DNA of 63,785 nt, counting the filler, from Octopus bimaculoides (lineage: Eukaryota): the NCBI RefSeq assembly GCF_001194135.2. It is 6 parts of 5 records of this genome, joined end to end, with 100 filler letters (N's around TTAATTAATTAA, not from the genome) between each part and the next. Parts side by side here need not be neighbours in the genome. Positions count along the whole stretch, not along the records: positions 54,939 to 62,647 come from NC_069009.1; positions 62,748 to 63,785 come from NW_026431975.1; 4 more parts are not named here. One strand, 5' to 3'. Below the pieces are notes generated by a model, which worked only from the letters and a program-made list of their open reading frames with translations, made no database searches and had not been told where the DNA came from. Positions 60,496 to 63,785 of the stretch are shown here, piece by piece. Position numbers and translations under genes: made by a program. How positions within the stretch are numbered: the stretch's first letter is position 1; each line of letters opens with the position of its first letter.

Positions 60496-60777
60496 GACAT
60501 ACGTATTTAAATAAAAAAATTATGTAATATGGGTGTGTAGTTAAGAAGTTTGCTTCCCAACCATGAGGTTTGGGGTTCAGTCCTACTGCACAGCACCTTA
60601 TATCTTCCAAGGCCTTGTGAGTGGATTTGGTAGACAGAAACTGAAAGAGGTTCACACACAGATACATACACAAACATATACACACACACACGTGTCTTCT
60701 ACTGTAGCCTCGGGCCGACCAAAGCCTTGTGAGTGGATTTGGTAGATGGAAACTGAAAGAAGCCCATCATATATATG

Positions 60778-60828
<51 letters not shown>

Positions 60829-61029
60829 TTGTGTGTCTGTGTTTGTCCCCCCAACATCGCTTGACAACTGATGCTGGTGTGTTTACGTCCCCGTAACTTA
60901 GTGGTTCGGCAAAAGCGAAATGAGAAAATGGAAGGGAATAGGTGGTATTCACAATACAATGTCTGCAAGTTGATGAATACCACCTATTCCCCTCCATTTT
61001 CTTATTGCTATACATATATATATGTGAAT

Positions 61030-61950
61030 ACCCGTCAGAGTGTAAGTATCTTGAGAGAAAAGCTGAACATTAGAAGCATCAGTTGTGGTGTGCAAGAGAG
61101 ACGATTGCGCTGGTATGGACATGTGGTGAGAATGGATGAGGATAGCTGCGTGAAAAAGTGCCACACCCTAACAGTTGAGGGAACCCGTGGAAGAGGTAGG
61201 CCCAGGAAGACCTGGGCTGAGGTGGTGAGGCAAGACCTTCGTACATTGGGCCTCACCGAGGCGATGACTACTGNNNNNNNNNNNNNNNNNNNNNNNNNNN
61301 NNNNNNNNNNNNNNNNNNNNNNNNNNNNNNNNNNNNNNNNNNNNNNNNNNNNNNNNNNNNNNNNNNNNNNNNNNNNNNNNNNNNNNNNNNNNNNNNNNNN
61401 NNNNNNNNNNNNNNNNNNNNNNNNNNNNNNNNNNNNNNNNNNNNNNNNNNNNNNNNNNNNNNNNNNNNNNNNNNNNNNNNNNNNNNNNNNNNNNNNNNNN
61501 NNNNNNNNNNNNNNNNNNNNNNNNNNNNNNNNNNNNNNNNNNNNNNNNNNNNNNNNNNNNNNNNNNNNNNNNNNNNNNNNNNNNNNNNNNNNNNNNNNNN
61601 NNNNNNNNNNNNNNNNNNNNNNNNNNNNNNNNNNNNNNNNNNNNNNNNNNNNNNNNNNNNNNNNNNNNNNNNNNNNNNNNNNNNNNNNNNNNNNNNNNNN
61701 NNNNNNNNNNGCGGGTGGCACATAAAAGACACCATTTCGAGCGTGGCCGTTTTCGTGCGGGTGACACGTAAAAGCACCCACTACACTCTCTGAGTGGTTG
61801 GCGTTAGGAAGGGCATCCAGCTGTAGAAACTCTGCCAAATTAGACTGGAGCCTGGTGTTGCCATCTGGTTTCACCAGTCCTCAGTCAAATCGTCCAACCC
61901 ATGCTAACATGGAAAGCGGACGTTAAACGATGATGATGATGATGATGATG
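61030..61950 (+). mobile_element. RTE LINE 3' end (C-terminus, N gap, 3'UTR with (GAT)n tail)
   Basis: RRLRWYGHVVRMDEDSCVKKC...GRGRPRKTW. The tail ...CCCATGCTAGCATGGAAAGCGGACGTTAAACG(ATG)n also occurs at ~2768-2895, 41644-41690, 55735-55955 and 55974-56124. Confidence 0.85.
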
Positions 61951-61991
61951 ATACACACACACACACTCTCTCAGGATTTAGTCAAACCATC

Positions 61992-62062
61992 CAGCAATAG
62001 GTCACCACTGATGAGCTTTAATTTTAAGCGAAACTAGACTAGTATGGTGATCTCACATGCTG
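61992..62062 (+). ncRNA. Type I hammerhead ribozyme (intact core) in a CCDC57 intron, sense strand
   Basis: Stem I AGGUCACCA(61999-62007)/UGGUGAUCU(62045-62053), 9 bp with one G-U. Core CUGAUGA (62008-62014). Stem II GCUU-UAAUUUU-AAGC. GAAA (62030-62033). Stem III ACUA-gac-UAGU. GUA cleavage triplet (62042-62044). Stem I extends CAGCA/UGCUG past an internal loop. Confidence 0.9.
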
Positions 62063-62156
62063 TGGAGCTGTTTTCTCCCTTATCAATGCATAGACATGCT
62101 ACTTTGTGGCTCTAAGGGTTTTAACTCTTATTTCTAGCACTCTCTGTTGTGTCTAG

Positions 62157-62357
62157 GTTGAACAAGTGTGACCAGAGGCTGCGATCAAGAACTGAAGAGG
62201 TGTCCAAGCTGCAAGCGTGCGTCACTGAAAAGGACAGAGTTTACATGTCAGAGGTCAGTGATCTCCAGATGCAACTTAACACTGCACAGTTGCAATTGTC
62301 AGCTGCAACAGAAGAATTCAGCACCAAAATGCTGGAGAAAGATGGAGAAATTGAGAG
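62157..62357 (+). CDS. CCDC57: CCDC57 exon: LNKCDQRLRSRTEEVSKLQACVTEKDRVYMSEVSDLQMQLNTAQLQLSAATEEFSTKMLEKDGEIE(R)
   Basis: gtgtctag acceptor and gttggt donor; 201 nt, phase 2 to 2. Coiled coil; EKDGEIERL resembles human EKDAAIDQL. The gene continues beyond the window. Confidence 0.85.
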
Positions 62358-62512
62358 GTTGGTTTCATTGATTTTTATGTTATGTTTTGGTCAGTTTTAT
62401 GAGAGGTGGTCAGTTAATATGAAACACACAGGTAGAAGCATATGTCTTTCTAAACATATCTAGCTGTCTTTCTACTTATATGTATATATATATTTGTCTG
62501 TCAGTCTATCTA

Positions 62513-62639
62513 CAGGGTGTCCACAAAGACTGGGTACATGGAGTAAATAAAATCATAACATAAACAATTAAATATAAGAAATAATAATTTCTTAAAGTAT
62601 GTGTCAATCCCCATGTACCCAGACTTTGTGGACACCCTG
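62513..62639. mobile_element. 127-bp Tc1/mariner-type MITE
   Basis: 29-bp TIRs CAGGGTGTCCACAAAG(A/T)CTGGGTACATGG with one mismatch; TA on both sides. Confidence 0.85.
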
Positions 62640-62864
62640 TATATATANNNNNNNNNNNNNNNNNNNNNNNNNNNNNNNNNNNNNNNNNNNNTTAATTAAT
62701 TAANNNNNNNNNNNNNNNNNNNNNNNNNNNNNNNNNNNNNNNNNNNNCACATACATATGTGTATACAAACTGTCATGTGTATACACATATGTATGCAAGA
62801 AGGAACGAAAAATTTTAAGAAAACATATAAGTAAATGAATGGAAATCGAACCGGTGAGTGTGTG

Positions 62865-63085
62865 ACATACATTGGTGAGACATCTAGAAGCATTGCGGAG
62901 AGACTAAATGCACATTTGAGACAATATGACTACAAAAACAGCCCTGCACACTCCCCCAGCATGGAAGTACACTGGATCAACTTAACATCTACATTTTGAT
63001 CCAAGACTCCGAAGGACCCAACACTCAGACACACACAGAAGTATGTCCTCATGAATGAAACCTCGCTAATACTAAATAGGAGATA
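62865..63085 (+). mobile_element. GIY-YIG endonuclease fragment, Penelope-like
   Basis: TYIGETSRSIAERLNAHL is the YIG-T-R...R...H motif of Penelope-type GIY-YIG domains. A stop follows downstream. Confidence 0.65.
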
Positions 63086-63785
63086 AACATAGTAAGTAGT
63101 GATTCCCCAGTACCAATAGTTTATACATACACAGGTAGATTTGTTAGTACGCTGTTATGTAGACGTATATATATAAGTAGGTAAATGGATATGTAAGTAA
63201 ACTGATAGATAAGTAGATAGACAAGTACATAGGTGATACGGACAGACAAGTATACACACACTCATACACACATACACACATACACGCATACATACACAAA
63301 AGAAGAGTGAAACACATCACCATATACGCACACGTACACTTCACACACACACACAAGGACACATATGGAGACACACATCTATACATAACAGATGCACGTA
63401 CAGAGTCACAAAAACCCATACACATAGACACACTCAAACATAAACACACAAACACATGAATATGCAGAATACACACATACAAAGTTACACATATGCATAC
63501 ACACATACACACATACATATATACATACATGCATATATGCATACATACATACATATGTTTATACACATGCACACTGACGTACACATGCTCACAAACAAAC
63601 AAGCAAAGAAACAAACAAAAAGAACGCTACTCCAATAACGGACAGAGTCAACGACTATTGAAGAGGTTGCAAGAAACAACGAACATTTTAGAAACACTAA
63701 ATAAGTAAATGAGTGGAAAACGAACCGGAGAGTGTGTTAATTAATAAGACATTAAAACAGAATGACTCACCCCAGACACAATAAT

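Noticed and set aside
1-63785. CRISPR arrays, rRNA, operons or other prokaryotic systems
   Set aside because: The window is spliceosomal eukaryotic DNA; its repeats are SSRs, SINEs and minisatellites with no repeat-spacer pattern.

Overview
AT-rich (~35% GC by eye), microsatellite- and SINE-dense metazoan genomic DNA with many N gaps. The repeat families and architecture look like a coleoid cephalopod, probably Octopus (inference). Hand-spliced exons give three partial genes. (1) Six phase-compatible minus-strand exons of a SCUBE gene (spacer, three Cys-rich repeats, first half of CUB; 38629->18425). (2) One minus-strand LIM1 exon of an Ajuba/WTIP/LIMD1 gene (42411->42310). (3) Seven plus-strand exons of CCDC57 (55509->62357), including an inferred GC-AG intron. 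A possible fourth gene has one candidate exon at 203->5. Mobile DNA includes mariners, a Chapaev3-like element, a split Tx1/L1-like LINE, RTE and RLE-type LINE fragments, a GIY-YIG (Penelope-like) fragment, MITEs and several tRNA-SINE families. The most interesting signals are self-cleaving-RNA motifs. One is an intact type I hammerhead ribozyme on the sense strand of a CCDC57 intron (61992-62062). The other is a repeated composite element (28591-29152 and 59091-59402): TSD, inverted arm, tRNA-like head, (AAT)n, minimal hammerhead, tail, TSD. It looks like a tRNA-headed non-autonomous element mobilised by Penelope-like machinery. All folds, translations and homologies were done by eye; no database search was run. 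The N44-TTAATTAATTAA-N44 spacers are assembly linkers.
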